Positions 19,050-29,778 of a DNA stretch of 64,000 nucleotides are shown here, in pieces. Both the position numbers and the translations under genes were made by a program. Origin of the DNA: an uncultured Thermoplasmatales archaeon (GTDB lineage: Archaea; Thermoplasmatota; E2; DHVEG-1); the NCBI GenBank assembly GCA_964638155.1, contig CAZWYI010000010.1:1305-65304 (forward strand). Reading direction: 5' to 3'. Within the stretch, counting starts at the first letter, position 1; each line of letters starts with the position of its first letter. Below the pieces are notes generated by a model. The model did not search any database, was not told the origin of the DNA, and saw nothing but the letters and a program-made list of their open reading frames with translations.

Positions 19050-19970
19050 TTACTTTTTTAATTCTATCTCAAATTTTTGAAAATCTCTTGGAATAACTGT
19101 ATTTTTAAATATTTTTTTTGCTTCTTCTTCAAGTTCTGAGGCATTCATATATCTAGGAGATATATGATTTAAAAAAAGTTTATCCACTTTTGCTTTTTTT
19201 GCAATAGTTGCAGCCTCAGAAACAGTTGTATGACCATATTTTAGAGAACTATCTCCAAATTCTTTTGAAAAAGTTGCTTCGTGGATTAAAACATCAGCTT
19301 TTTCTGAATATATAATTAAATTCTCTGTTGGTCTAGTATCACCTGATAGCACTATCTTTCTTCCTTTTCTAGGAGGACCAAGTATCATATCTGGAGTTAT
19401 CTTTTTACCATTTTCTAGAGTAATAGTTTCTCCTTTTTGTATTTTAGAAAATAACGGACCTTCAGGAACTCCAAGCTCTAAGGCCTTTTTTTTGTTGAAT
19501 TTACCAGGTCTTTTATTTTCTTCAAGTAAATATCCAAAAGAAGGAAGTCCATGGTCTACTCTAAAAGGTTTTATTTTATATTCCTTAAAATTTAATGTAT
19601 CCTCTTGACTTATTTCATGTGCAACGATTTCATACGCGGGTCTAAAATATCCTAAGGACAAAAGTTTTTTTGTAAGTTCTATCATTCCCTTTGGCCCATA
19701 AATGTGAAGCGGTTTTTCTCTATCATTTAATTGCATAGTCTGAATTAGACCAGGTAATCCCAGAAAATGATCTCCATGAAAATGAGTAATAAAAATCTTT
19801 GTAATCTGCATATAGCTAAGTTTTGATTTTTGAAACTGTCGCTGTGTACCTTCCCCGCAATCAAAAAGTAGTATTTCCTTTCCTCTTTTTATTGCAGTAG
19901 ATGCTACATTTCTCTTAGCAGTGGGCCAACTGCCACCTGTTCCAAGAAAGATAATACTAAGTTGAGTCAT
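19050..19970 (-). CDS. rnz: Ribonuclease Z (tRNA 3' endonuclease), metallo-beta-lactamase fold
   Basis: HxHxDH motif ITHFHGDHFLGLPGL. N-terminal IIFLGTGGSWPTAKRN. 306 aa. Confidence 0.85.
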   Translation of the reverse strand: MTQLSIIFLGTGGSWPTAKRNVASTAIKRGKEILLFDCGEGTQRQFQKSKLSYMQITKIFITHFHGDHFLGLPGLIQTMQLNDREKPLHIYGPKGMIELTKKLLSLGYFRPAYEIVAHEISQEDTLNFKEYKIKPFRVDHGLPSFGYLLEENKRPGKFNKKKALELGVPEGPLFSKIQKGETITLENGKKITPDMILGPPRKGRKIVLSGDTRPTENLIIYSEKADVLIHEATFSKEFGDSSLKYGHTTVSEAATIAKKAKVDKLFLNHISPRYMNASELEEEAKKIFKNTVIPRDFQKFEIELKK

Positions 19971-20009
19971 AACAACAAGGGATTGTAATATGTTGTATAA
20001 GATTTATGG

Positions 20010-21014
20010 TCATTTTTCAAAAACTGCAAAAAAACGTGTAAGACTTCTATGGGACCTAAAACTATGAATCTCATATAATTTTAGATATTTTTTGCCGAGA
20101 TTTATCATTTTTTTATCAGATAAACCAATTACCGCCCTATGATTTTCCTTTAATATTTTTGAAATATTTTGAAAGGATCTTTTATATAGTTCTTTCATTT
20201 TCTCACCTTTCGTTGTTGTTGATTTACCATAAGGCATATCTGTAACTACTGCATCAACTCTAGTAAAATATTTATCGATTTTTCCTATATCTGTAGAGAT
20301 AAGTTTATAATTTTTTATATTGTAGTAATCTAATGTTTTTTTACACCCTTCTACCATTTTTTCTTCTATGTCGCTACCAAAAACCTTAATCCCCATTAAG
20401 CCTGCCTCAATTATTATCCCTCCTGTACCGCAGAAAGGATCTAAAATAGTTTGATTTTTTTTAACACATGAAAGATTAACAAGAGCTCTTGCTATTTTTG
20501 GATGAAGAGATATTGGTGAAAAAAAGGGTCTAAACTGAACTTTTCTTTTTTCAAATTTTGATCTATTAACATCATAAATCTTTTTTCCAACATATACTTT
20601 TGAATCAGTAATTAATGCCCGTATTTCAATATCTGGTGTTTTAAGATCAACTTTTCTGTTTTTTGTAAAAACATCTGCAAGAGTTCTTACTATTTTTTGT
20701 GAATTTATATTTTTTGATCTATTTTTGTATCTTATAGCAATTGATCCTTTAAAATCAAAATTTTTGTTTTCTGCATGTTTTCCTAGTTTTTCTTGCTCCG
20801 GGTTACAGGCAAAAAGAAATTTATTTACAAAAAAAGTGAATGATAATCTTCCAAAAGTTTCTTCAATTTTTCTAGAATTTTTAGTTTCTATTAAAAATAT
20901 ATCTTTATTTGACTCAATTATCTTATATTCAACGTTATTTGCCTTCAAAATACATTTTATTTCAGAAGTGGGAAAAGTTTTATGTTCTTTTGAAAGTTCA
21001 AATAAATATTTCAT
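20010..21014 (-). CDS. THUMP-domain tRNA guanine-N2 methyltransferase (Trm11/Trm14 family)
   Basis: SAM motif I DPFCGTGGIIIEAG and motif IV DMPYG, with an N-terminal THUMP-like region. 334 aa. Confidence 0.75.
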   Translation of the reverse strand: MKYLFELSKEHKTFPTSEIKCILKANNVEYKIIESNKDIFLIETKNSRKIEETFGRLSFTFFVNKFLFACNPEQEKLGKHAENKNFDFKGSIAIRYKNRSKNINSQKIVRTLADVFTKNRKVDLKTPDIEIRALITDSKVYVGKKIYDVNRSKFEKRKVQFRPFFSPISLHPKIARALVNLSCVKKNQTILDPFCGTGGIIIEAGLMGIKVFGSDIEEKMVEGCKKTLDYYNIKNYKLISTDIGKIDKYFTRVDAVVTDMPYGKSTTTKGEKMKELYKRSFQNISKILKENHRAVIGLSDKKMINLGKKYLKLYEIHSFRSHRSLTRFFAVFEK

Positions 21015-21034
21015 AAAATCATTTTCTAAATAGT

Positions 21035-22279
21035 TTACTCTTTTTTAAATAAAGCTTTAATAAATACTGGTGCTATAACTGTTGTAACAATAGTTAGAAG
21101 AATTGTTGAAATTAACAATTGCTGGGCAATTTCTCCTTTTATTATACCTTTTGTTGCAACTGCAGCTACAATAATTAAAGCAAGTTCCATTCTAGGTATC
21201 ATTCCAACACCTACTTGTAGTGATTCTATAGTTGACATACCTGAGATCTTTGCTCCAATACTTGATCCAAGCATTTTTCCTATTATGCCTACAACGATTA
21301 TAACCGCCGCAATTAATAAAGTTTCAAATAAAGGTGGCATTTCTCCATTTGTATTTGACCATACGTTCATTCCTACCCATACAAAGAAAAGAGGTATAAA
21401 AAAACCGTATCCAATGGTTTTTATGTCCTCTTCTATCTTTCTTGATTTTATATATTGTCCTATTAAAATTCCTGCAAGAAAAGCACCTATTATACCTGAT
21501 AACTGTACCCAGTTTGCAATAAATGAATATATTAGTAAAATAGCAAGGGATATACTTAAAAAAGCTTTAGGTAAATGAATATGTTCACTAGCATCAAGTA
21601 TCCTATCAAGAATTTTAAATATTAATAAAACTAAAAAGAGTAGGAAAAAAACAGCTATTCTTACTCCAACAAATACAAAATTTATAAGAGTCCCCCCAAT
21701 GCCTAGAGCAAATGCTAATAGAATTATTCCTATAACATCATCTATTACTGCACCTCCAAGTATTGTAGCTCCTACATCCGAATCAAGTACATGTAAATCC
21801 ATAAGTGTTCTAACTGTTACACCAACAGAAGTTGCAGTTAAAATTAGACCTATTACTAGACTTATCTCTAAACTTAGCCCAAGTAAAAGACCACCTAAAA
21901 TCCCAAGTATGAATGGGGTTATCACACCTCCAACTGCTATAGAAGTAGATTTTTTACCCATTTTTTTCATTCTAGAAACACTTATTTCAAGACCTGAAAT
22001 AAATAAAAGAAATATTATGCCTATTTCTGCAAATAGATAAAAAAATTCATATTCTGTTGCTTGAAAATTGAAATTAAAACCAAAGTTTACACCAAAAATA
22101 TCAAGATAATGTCCTGAAAAAGTAACTAGTAACCAACCTAAAATTATTCCTGATATAATTTCTCCAAGAACTGCAGGTTGTTTGATTCTATTAAATAAAT
22201 AACCTAAAACTCTTGCAAATATTAAGGCTATTCCTACCAATAGAAATACATTGAAAATTTCTGTTTCCGTTTCTATCAA
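21035..22279 (-). CDS. Monovalent cation:proton antiporter, CPA2 (Kef/NapA-type Na+/H+ exchanger) family
   Basis: ~12 TM. N-terminal KQPAVLGEIISGIILG motif typical of the Na_H_Exchanger family. Confidence 0.8.
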   Translation of the reverse strand: MIETETEIFNVFLLVGIALIFARVLGYLFNRIKQPAVLGEIISGIILGWLLVTFSGHYLDIFGVNFGFNFNFQATEYEFFYLFAEIGIIFLLFISGLEISVSRMKKMGKKSTSIAVGGVITPFILGILGGLLLGLSLEISLVIGLILTATSVGVTVRTLMDLHVLDSDVGATILGGAVIDDVIGIILLAFALGIGGTLINFVFVGVRIAVFFLLFLVLLIFKILDRILDASEHIHLPKAFLSISLAILLIYSFIANWVQLSGIIGAFLAGILIGQYIKSRKIEEDIKTIGYGFFIPLFFVWVGMNVWSNTNGEMPPLFETLLIAAVIIVVGIIGKMLGSSIGAKISGMSTIESLQVGVGMIPRMELALIIVAAVATKGIIKGEIAQQLLISTILLTIVTTVIAPVFIKALFKKE

Positions 22280-22779
22280 CCTTCTTTATCATCAATAATA
22301 GGTTTGTATTGAGTTGCATCATAATATTTTCTAATAAGTTGATGTAAGGTTAGCTCTCCAACAAGTTTATTATCTTTTAACACTGGAAGCCGCCTAAGCT
22401 TATGCTTTAACATTTTTGTTAACGCTTTTATTATTTTTTCATCTGGGTCGCATGTTATAGCCCTATGACACATAATGTCTTCTGCTGTTTTTGCTGTACC
22501 ATGTTGAATTGAACTTATATCAGGCATACCAAAAACATACGAGGGAAAATGTTTTGGCGCAAGTATTGATAAAACATCATGCTCTGTTATTACTCCAACA
22601 AGCTCTTTTTCTTCTTTATTCTTCACTACCCATATATGATTTCTACCACCAAGTATTGCTAAAACATGATAAACATCCCCATCTTCTTCAATTATAGGAA
22701 GATCCCAGACTCTTCTATCCATTAATTGTTTTACTTTTAGCTCATAAAAATCTGTTATTAACCTATTCTTTTTAACCAT
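22276..22779 (-). CDS. CBS-pair domain protein, overlaps the antiporter start by 4 nt
   Basis: Two CBS motifs (VGVITEHDVLSILA; PVLKDNKLVGELTLHQLI). Stop/start overlap with the downstream CPA2 gene suggests a regulatory subunit. Confidence 0.7.
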   Translation of the reverse strand: MVKKNRLITDFYELKVKQLMDRRVWDLPIIEEDGDVYHVLAILGGRNHIWVVKNKEEKELVGVITEHDVLSILAPKHFPSYVFGMPDISSIQHGTAKTAEDIMCHRAITCDPDEKIIKALTKMLKHKLRRLPVLKDNKLVGELTLHQLIRKYYDATQYKPIIDDKEG

Positions 22780-22830
22780 ATGTCTTTTGTAAACATAAAA
22801 GAAATATTTAAAAACTACTTTAATTAGAAA

Positions 22831-24063
22831 TTATTCTTTTTCTTCTTTTTTCTTTTTGTCTTCTTTTACTTTTTCATCTATTTTCTTTTTTAATTTATCT
22901 ATTCCTTCAAACCATTTATCTACGCCTTCTTCATCTATCTTACCAGTGAGTCTGTTTATTTCATATCTAACATCATCTGTTCCTTCAAACCAATCGTAAT
23001 CCTTACGTTTTTCTTTTTTGTTTTTAATTATTTTTTCTTTTTTATCCTCTTCTGCTTTTATAGGTACTACTTCTTTTTCTTTTCTAGACCTAGAAATTCT
23101 TATTTCTTCTACTTTGGAATCTGGTTTACTATTAACTCTTATTTGATCCATAGACCTTGACTCGTCTTTTGAAGAGTTATTTCCATTTGTATCTAGATCA
23201 TATTTTTTCATTCTTTTTTTCTTTGTTATTTCTTTAGCTCTTTTAAAAACCGATTTTCTTTGTCTGTAATTAACAAATAGTATTACGACTATTAGAAGTA
23301 TAACCGCTATTATTATTGATGCATATCCCGTATCAAAAAATTTTTCTATCGCAGAAGGCTCAGCATTTAATTCAAGTCTTAACGACGCTGTTTCATAATC
23401 TTTATGATCTGTTTTTATTGTAATTTCTTCACGATTTTTTGGAGCCTTAAGAAAAGCTATTCCATTTTCATCAGTAGTATCTTTAGATTCAATAAAACTC
23501 TGTATATACACATCAACTCCTTCAACAGGCTCATTTGTATCTTTATTTTTTATTGTTACAGAAAATTTTTGTTCTTCATCTACTACATAATTCTCTGGAA
23601 TTATAATCAGCGTTGGTTGATCTTTAACAGTAATTGTTTCTTGAGCAAATAAATTATTTTTTGTCGCATTTATCAAAAATTCCTTATCTTCTTCTACATC
23701 TGGTGAAATTATTTCTATTTCTCTAGTTTCAGAACTATTTTTTATGTGATATGTTTCTTCATTAAATTCTATTTTTACGTCTTTTAAGAATACATTTGTT
23801 TCTAAATTGGAATCAAATACACTAACTTTGAAGGTTTCTCCTTCTGTAATTTGATTTATAGAAAAATCAGAAGTATCTGTTATAAGTATCTCGATTTGTT
23901 CACCTTGAGATAGAACATTTATGGAAAAAAATATTGTAAAAATTATCATTAAAATTAGGGTTATTAAAAGAATATTGTAATATCTGTTTGTAGCTCTTTT
24001 TTTATTTGTTCTCCTCATTTCCCACCTATTGTTTGTAAGATTCCTCTTATTATAAGATATCAA
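22831..24063 (-). CDS. Bitopic/2-TM membrane protein with extracellular Ig/CarboxypepD_reg-like region and Lys-rich cytoplasmic tail carrying WFEG-D repeats
   Basis: TM helices near aa 30-50 and 250-275. DENGIAFLKAP motif. YDWFEGTDDV...DKWFEGIDKL repeated motif. KKKKEEKE C-terminus. Confidence 0.4.
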   Translation of the reverse strand: MISYNKRNLTNNRWEMRRTNKKRATNRYYNILLITLILMIIFTIFFSINVLSQGEQIEILITDTSDFSINQITEGETFKVSVFDSNLETNVFLKDVKIEFNEETYHIKNSSETREIEIISPDVEEDKEFLINATKNNLFAQETITVKDQPTLIIIPENYVVDEEQKFSVTIKNKDTNEPVEGVDVYIQSFIESKDTTDENGIAFLKAPKNREEITIKTDHKDYETASLRLELNAEPSAIEKFFDTGYASIIIAVILLIVVILFVNYRQRKSVFKRAKEITKKKRMKKYDLDTNGNNSSKDESRSMDQIRVNSKPDSKVEEIRISRSRKEKEVVPIKAEEDKKEKIIKNKKEKRKDYDWFEGTDDVRYEINRLTGKIDEEGVDKWFEGIDKLKKKIDEKVKEDKKKKEEKE

Positions 24064-24284
24064 ACGATGTATTTATGTTTTTTTAATATTACATTTTTTC
24101 CTTTTAGTTAATATATTTTTGGTTTTTTTATAAAAAATCATTTTTTTAACCAAATATTTATTAAATATTAATTATATTATTATATATTGAAAATACTGGT
24201 TGCAAATAGAAAAATGGTAATTATTGTAAACAAAGATTTATATATAAACAATGCCAAAATAATCTATGTAGGTGAGAAAGCAGA

Positions 24285-27200
24285 ATGATGCTAGCAAAGA
24301 AAACAACAGCATTTACTATTACTTTTATCCTAATTTTTAGTATGTTTTCCTATTTAATATGCCCCATCAAACCAAAGGCAGAACAGACTCCAGATGAAAT
24401 TAGTGAAATCATTGAGCTATTTTCTTCACTTATTGGAGATATTGATTTTAAAAATATTTTAACACCGCATCCTTATAGATTTGTTGGTGTATGGGAATCT
24501 AACGGAACACGCACTATCTCTGGAGATATGGATTTTAAGCTTTATTTTTCTTCAAATATCATTAATGAAATTAACCCTTTAGGTTTTGAAGACAAAGTAA
24601 ATGTGTCTGTATATCACACATCAGGTGGAAAACCTGTGTTAAAAGGTGAAAAAAATGATATTGATATTGATCTAAAAGAAGGAATTCTAAACGATAAGGT
24701 TCAATCTATGAACGTAAAAATAAAAGATATTAATGTATCAATAAACAAGGGAGATTATCTTTTATTTGGAATCGAAATGAATCAATCAAGAAAATGGATA
24801 AGTAAACTTACTGAAAATAGATATGAAAAAGCAATTCAGCCACGATTAGAAAAATTTGCAAGATGGCTGAAAGATAGAGATGATCCAAATTTACGTCAAA
24901 TAGGTAACATTACTAGTTTATTTTTAGAAAATCTTACCGCTTTTGGTGTAGGGGGAGAAGAGTTTTCATATTTAATAAATGCTTTAAGATCATCTAGTTT
25001 TTATTATGGCTCAAAACAGTACAAATCAAATGTAAAATTTTCATCAGAAGAAAATGAGAATTTTACTATATTTTTTAGAAATGAAGGAGATTTTTCTTTT
25101 GAAACAAATTTCTTAGGTGAAAGTATATTTTCATATATTTCAGATATATCTGGCACTCCCTATTTTAAAATTGCAAATAATACAGCTCCAACTACTGGAA
25201 CAAAACACGCATGGCCACCGTTTGTAGGCAGCGTAGAAGATGTATTTCAAAATCTACAAGATACTATTGGAAATTTTGAGGATACTTCCGGTAATTTTAC
25301 GCAGGACTATAACGATCCAATAAACTGGTTAGTAATATTTTTAGTATATTATTTTGAATCTGTCCCTGAGATACCAGAAAACCAGGTTAATTTGTATCTA
25401 AAAGATAATGAATTATCAACTGGCAAGCCGAGTGAAGATACAAAAAGAAAAAAATTATCAGAAAACACATCGAGTACATGGGTAAGTACACCTATTCCAA
25501 GAAATAGAATAATTAAAAATCTCTCTGCTGAATTATATATCCATTATCCAAAATTAATTACTTTTAGTAATTTAGAAGTTAAGGCATCAATTTTAGATGA
25601 AAATGAAGGAATTACAATTGCAGAAGATACGCAAACTCTTGATAGAACTACTTTTTATGAGTTAAGAACAAGGGGGCCAGAATCACCTACTGTGTTTAAC
25701 TTTGATATTAAAGATGGCGGATACGAAATATTTTATGATCATAATCTTAGCCTCAATGTTGTTATTAGCAATGCCCCTCTTATTAACCTCAGACCTGTGA
25801 ATCTATTATACAATTCTGAACAATATCCTTCACATATAACTTATGTGTTTGATGAGACAGATAACATAAAAATAGAAGATGTTGAGGATAAAAAGATCTA
25901 TGCTGGAGGTAGTGCAAAGTTTGAATTCAATGTATCAAGTAATTATTCAGATACATTAAAAATAGATATTTTAGAAAGAGATAATCAAGGAACGCAGTGG
26001 AATGTTGAATACAGCCCTGAAACAATGGAATGTGAAGAAAAAAGCACAACACAGGTAACCGTTTATATAAATTCAACGGCAACAGATGACTCTGTTTATG
26101 GAAATTATTATAGTTTCTATCTAAATGTATCTGGAAATACTGGAATAGATAGCAAATCAGCTTTAGTTACTATCGATATGGAAGCTGTAGAATACGATTT
26201 TGAATTAATTTTACCAGATACACTTCAGATGAAACATGGTGAAGAAAAAACCATAACTCTTGGAATTAAAAACAAAAATAAAGGGCATATACAAGATGAT
26301 TACACGGTAGAAATTGCTTCTAAAAATGAATTTAAAACAGAGTTTTTAAATGAAAGCTATGTAACAAATGTTCCAGTATACGAACAAGATTCTGATATCA
26401 CTAAAATAAAATTAAATGTTTCAATCCCATGGTATACAGATGTAAATAAAGATAAATTAACATTTAATGTTACTTCAACAAAAAGTGTTAATTATCAAAA
26501 AGATCTTATCAAAACAGTTGTTGTAACGGTAAATATAACTAATCCGAATATAGTTGAATCAATCTATCATTTATTTGAAATACTTTCTCAAAAAATCGGT
26601 TTAAGTAACTATACAAGCTATGGAGCATGGATTTTAATAGGTATTTTAGCTTTAATCTTACTTATTATAATTACAATTGCTGTGATACTTATTAGAAGAA
26701 AATACGCTAAATTAACTTGTAAAGAACAGATTAAAGAAATCTATTCAGATGAAACGGCAGTATATGAAATAATAATTAGAAATCCATATAAAAGAACTTT
26801 AACCTATGATATAGAATTTGAAGCAGATGAAGATACAAAAGACAGATGGAAAATAGATCTTGAAAAAACAAAAGTTACTCTTGGCCCAAACAAAAAAGAT
26901 ACAATAAGATTAACAGTCAAACCTACTGACTATGTCAAGCAAGAGGATTTTGCTGAAGTAAAAATAAATATCAAACCAATCCTTAAAAGAAAAATTTCTA
27001 GTATTACCACAGTTACAGTTTTAAAAGATTCAAAAATAGACATATCAATATCGGGGGTTATACATTGGCCTAAAAGATTTAAAAAAGGAGATGTAGTTGA
27101 AACCTCCTTTAAGCTTTTTAATAAAGGTAAAGTTTCTGCGGATAACCTAACAATAGTTTTATATGTAAATGGTGAGGAAAAAAATAAAGTAGAAGAAGTT

Positions 27201-27287
27201 ACTATTCCTATTGGAGGTTATGCAGATATTGAAATACCTTGGATAGCAGAAAAAGGTAAAAACGAAATAAAAATAATAGTTAAATAA
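24285..27287 (+). CDS. Large (1000 aa) cell-surface protein with CARDB/DUF11-like Ig domains and a TM helix near aa 770-800
   Basis: Signal/TM N-terminus. Repeated NPYKRTLTYDIEFEADED / TITLGIKNKNKGHIQDDYTVEIASKNEF beta-sandwich-like segments. TM YGAWILIGILALILLIIITIAVILIRRKY. Confidence 0.5.
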   Translation: MMLAKKTTAFTITFILIFSMFSYLICPIKPKAEQTPDEISEIIELFSSLIGDIDFKNILTPHPYRFVGVWESNGTRTISGDMDFKLYFSSNIINEINPLGFEDKVNVSVYHTSGGKPVLKGEKNDIDIDLKEGILNDKVQSMNVKIKDINVSINKGDYLLFGIEMNQSRKWISKLTENRYEKAIQPRLEKFARWLKDRDDPNLRQIGNITSLFLENLTAFGVGGEEFSYLINALRSSSFYYGSKQYKSNVKFSSEENENFTIFFRNEGDFSFETNFLGESIFSYISDISGTPYFKIANNTAPTTGTKHAWPPFVGSVEDVFQNLQDTIGNFEDTSGNFTQDYNDPINWLVIFLVYYFESVPEIPENQVNLYLKDNELSTGKPSEDTKRKKLSENTSSTWVSTPIPRNRIIKNLSAELYIHYPKLITFSNLEVKASILDENEGITIAEDTQTLDRTTFYELRTRGPESPTVFNFDIKDGGYEIFYDHNLSLNVVISNAPLINLRPVNLLYNSEQYPSHITYVFDETDNIKIEDVEDKKIYAGGSAKFEFNVSSNYSDTLKIDILERDNQGTQWNVEYSPETMECEEKSTTQVTVYINSTATDDSVYGNYYSFYLNVSGNTGIDSKSALVTIDMEAVEYDFELILPDTLQMKHGEEKTITLGIKNKNKGHIQDDYTVEIASKNEFKTEFLNESYVTNVPVYEQDSDITKIKLNVSIPWYTDVNKDKLTFNVTSTKSVNYQKDLIKTVVVTVNITNPNIVESIYHLFEILSQKIGLSNYTSYGAWILIGILALILLIIITIAVILIRRKYAKLTCKEQIKEIYSDETAVYEIIIRNPYKRTLTYDIEFEADEDTKDRWKIDLEKTKVTLGPNKKDTIRLTVKPTDYVKQEDFAEVKINIKPILKRKISSITTVTVLKDSKIDISISGVIHWPKRFKKGDVVETSFKLFNKGKVSADNLTIVLYVNGEEKNKVEEVTIPIGGYADIEIPWIAEKGKNEIKIIVK

Positions 27288-27317
27288 TACTATTGTTATG
27301 CAAGGTAAAGATTTGTA

Positions 27318-28205
27318 GTGTTTCTTATGGCTGAAAAATCTAAAAAGAAAGAAATTGAGCAAATCAAAGATGCAGAAAAAAAGTTCCAGTCATATATTTC
27401 AAAAAGAAATGAATTAAATGACATGGCAAGGCTCTTACGTGAAGAAAGAGATATGATTCATGAGAGTAAAAAAGAGCAAAAAGAAGAGATTAATAACCTA
27501 AAAAAAGAGCGCGACGAATTTGTCAAAAAAATGAAGGGGCATAAAAAAATAAGAAATAAGCTTCAAGAAGAAGCAAAAAAATTAATTAAAGCTAAACAAA
27601 AAAAGAGAGGAGCTGTTTTTAGAAATCTACCTATGAGAGTAGAAGAACTAAAAGCAGATGTGCAAATGCTTGAGTATCGGCAGGAAACTGTTCCTATGGC
27701 CCCTCAAAAGGAAAATGACCTGATCGAAAAAATCCGTGAAAAGAAAAAAGAATTTAAAAAAGTTAAAGAACAAGTAAAGAAACAAGAGAAAATCAAAATT
27801 GATATCTCTGATAAAGATAATGCAATAGATGAACTTTTCAAAAAGGCAGATGAAGAACATGAAAAAGTAGAAAAATATTACAACGAAAGTCAGAAGAAAC
27901 ATGAAAAATATATAAAACTTGTAAAAGAAATGTCTGTGTCTATTGCTGAGGCAAACAAAAAACATGAAGAGTATATATCTGTTAAAAAAGAGGCAGATAA
28001 GGTTCATAACAAAGCCTATGAGATGAAAGGAGAAATTATTGCTATTAAAAACGAGAGGCGTAAGAGATATAAAGAATCAAAACAGGCAATAAAAGATCAA
28101 AACATAAATGCAAGGAAAGCAGTTATGGACAAGGAAAAATTAAAAAAACATGCAGATAAATCTGTTGAAGAACTTAAAAAAGGTAAGAAAATTAAATTAG
28201 GTTAA
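27318..28205 (+). CDS. Lys/Glu-rich coiled-coil protein (archaeal COG1340-like)
   Basis: 295 aa almost entirely heptad-like KE-rich sequence. No enzymatic motif. Confidence 0.4.
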   Translation: MFLMAEKSKKKEIEQIKDAEKKFQSYISKRNELNDMARLLREERDMIHESKKEQKEEINNLKKERDEFVKKMKGHKKIRNKLQEEAKKLIKAKQKKRGAVFRNLPMRVEELKADVQMLEYRQETVPMAPQKENDLIEKIREKKKEFKKVKEQVKKQEKIKIDISDKDNAIDELFKKADEEHEKVEKYYNESQKKHEKYIKLVKEMSVSIAEANKKHEEYISVKKEADKVHNKAYEMKGEIIAIKNERRKRYKESKQAIKDQNINARKAVMDKEKLKKHADKSVEELKKGKKIKLG

Positions 28206-28299
28206 AATATTTTGTTTTTATATTACTATTTTTAAAAATATTAACGTATGTTAACAATCGTTAATCTTATATATTTTAAGAGATATAATACATCTTAGG

Positions 28300-29778
28300 A
28301 TGAAAAATATAAAAAAAATAATTTCAATTTTAATAGTAATAATATTATTAGTATCAATTTTGTTTATTGTTTTTTATCAAAATATTTCAAAAACAAATGA
28401 AAATAAAAATACAAATTTTGACAAAGAACCACCAAAAATAGATACAATCACCGGGAATACAACTGGTACAAACGGTAAAATAACAACTATAATTGCTACT
28501 TTTTCAGATAATTACAATGTAACAAATGCAACTATTTATTATAAAAAATCCAGTGTAAATAATTGGAATTCTAAATCAATTTTATCCGGCAGAGCAGATA
28601 TCAAAATTCCTGACAACTCAATAGAGAATTGGCATTACTATGTAACAATTGATGATAAAGCAGGTAACGGTCCTATTGGTAAACCTTCAGTTGATGGAAG
28701 TAAATATTTTATCATAGATGTTACACGTGCTCAGACAGATCTTGAACATAAAGTATTTGTTGAGCAGGGTTCGGCTAGCTGGTGCTCTAACTGTCCAAAA
28801 ATTGAAAAGATATTAAATAGTTTATATGACCCTGCTGACCCTGATTTTTATTATGTAAGCCTTGTATCTGATAGAAACAAAAAAGCAGAAGAAAGATTAT
28901 ACGATCATTACAACATATATGGTTTTCCAACTGTTTTTTTCGATGGAGGGTATGATGCATGCTGTATCGATGTAGAAGCAGAAGAAAAAGACGCAGATCT
29001 TTTTAATGAAAAACTATCAAAAGTCAAACAGCGCGATCATCCAGAAATTTACATAAATGTAAATGCAACCTGGAATGATGAAAAAAAAGAACTGAAAACT
29101 GATGTAAATCTTGAAAACTATGAAAAAAACAAATATTCTGGAAATTTAAAGGTTTATATAACCGAGATAAAAAGTAGATGGGTTGATTGGGCAGGAAACC
29201 CATATCATTATGCATTTCTTGATTATTCTATTGATAAATCCATTGAAATAGATGCAAACAATCAGGCATTTTTTACAGGGGTTTGGGATTCAAGTGATTA
29301 TTCAGATATTTATCCTGAAAACCTTTGGGTTATAGCTGTTTTGTTTAATTCCAAAGAAGTAAAAAAATATAGCGATCCACCTCAGAATGAAAAAGAATTT
29401 AATGCAAATTTTGCTGATGCTTCTGATGGGACAAAAGTAGCAAATGGAACACTTCCACCGGGTATTGGGATTAGTTTTCCCAATCAATGGAATAGATATA
29501 TTTTTGGAAAAGAAAGAGGTAAATCAATTCTTAGAAAAACAGTGATTATTGGAAAGATTCCTATAAAACTAAATATTGATTCAGAAGAAGAAGTTGAAAA
29601 AGTAGAAATAATTATAAAAGGACTTTTTAGAGAAAAAACTTTTACCCTTGGAAATGAGCCTTATGAATACACATGGAATAGCTTTTCTTTTGGAAAATAT
29701 ACAATAACTGCAAAAGTTTATGATAAAAAACAAAGAACCGCAACAGATGAACTAGAAGTCATAGCATTTATTATCTAA
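28300..29778 (+). CDS. Exported multi-domain protein with an embedded thioredoxin-fold domain (WCSNCP...GFPTVFFDGG) flanked by Ig-like domains
   Basis: Signal/TM. Thioredoxin CxxC with Trp before Cys and a cis-Pro-like FPTV motif ~75 aa later. C-terminal EPYEYTWNSFSFGKYTITAKVYD Ig-like motif. Confidence 0.45.
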   Translation: MKNIKKIISILIVIILLVSILFIVFYQNISKTNENKNTNFDKEPPKIDTITGNTTGTNGKITTIIATFSDNYNVTNATIYYKKSSVNNWNSKSILSGRADIKIPDNSIENWHYYVTIDDKAGNGPIGKPSVDGSKYFIIDVTRAQTDLEHKVFVEQGSASWCSNCPKIEKILNSLYDPADPDFYYVSLVSDRNKKAEERLYDHYNIYGFPTVFFDGGYDACCIDVEAEEKDADLFNEKLSKVKQRDHPEIYINVNATWNDEKKELKTDVNLENYEKNKYSGNLKVYITEIKSRWVDWAGNPYHYAFLDYSIDKSIEIDANNQAFFTGVWDSSDYSDIYPENLWVIAVLFNSKEVKKYSDPPQNEKEFNANFADASDGTKVANGTLPPGIGISFPNQWNRYIFGKERGKSILRKTVIIGKIPIKLNIDSEEEVEKVEIIIKGLFREKTFTLGNEPYEYTWNSFSFGKYTITAKVYDKKQRTATDELEVIAFII

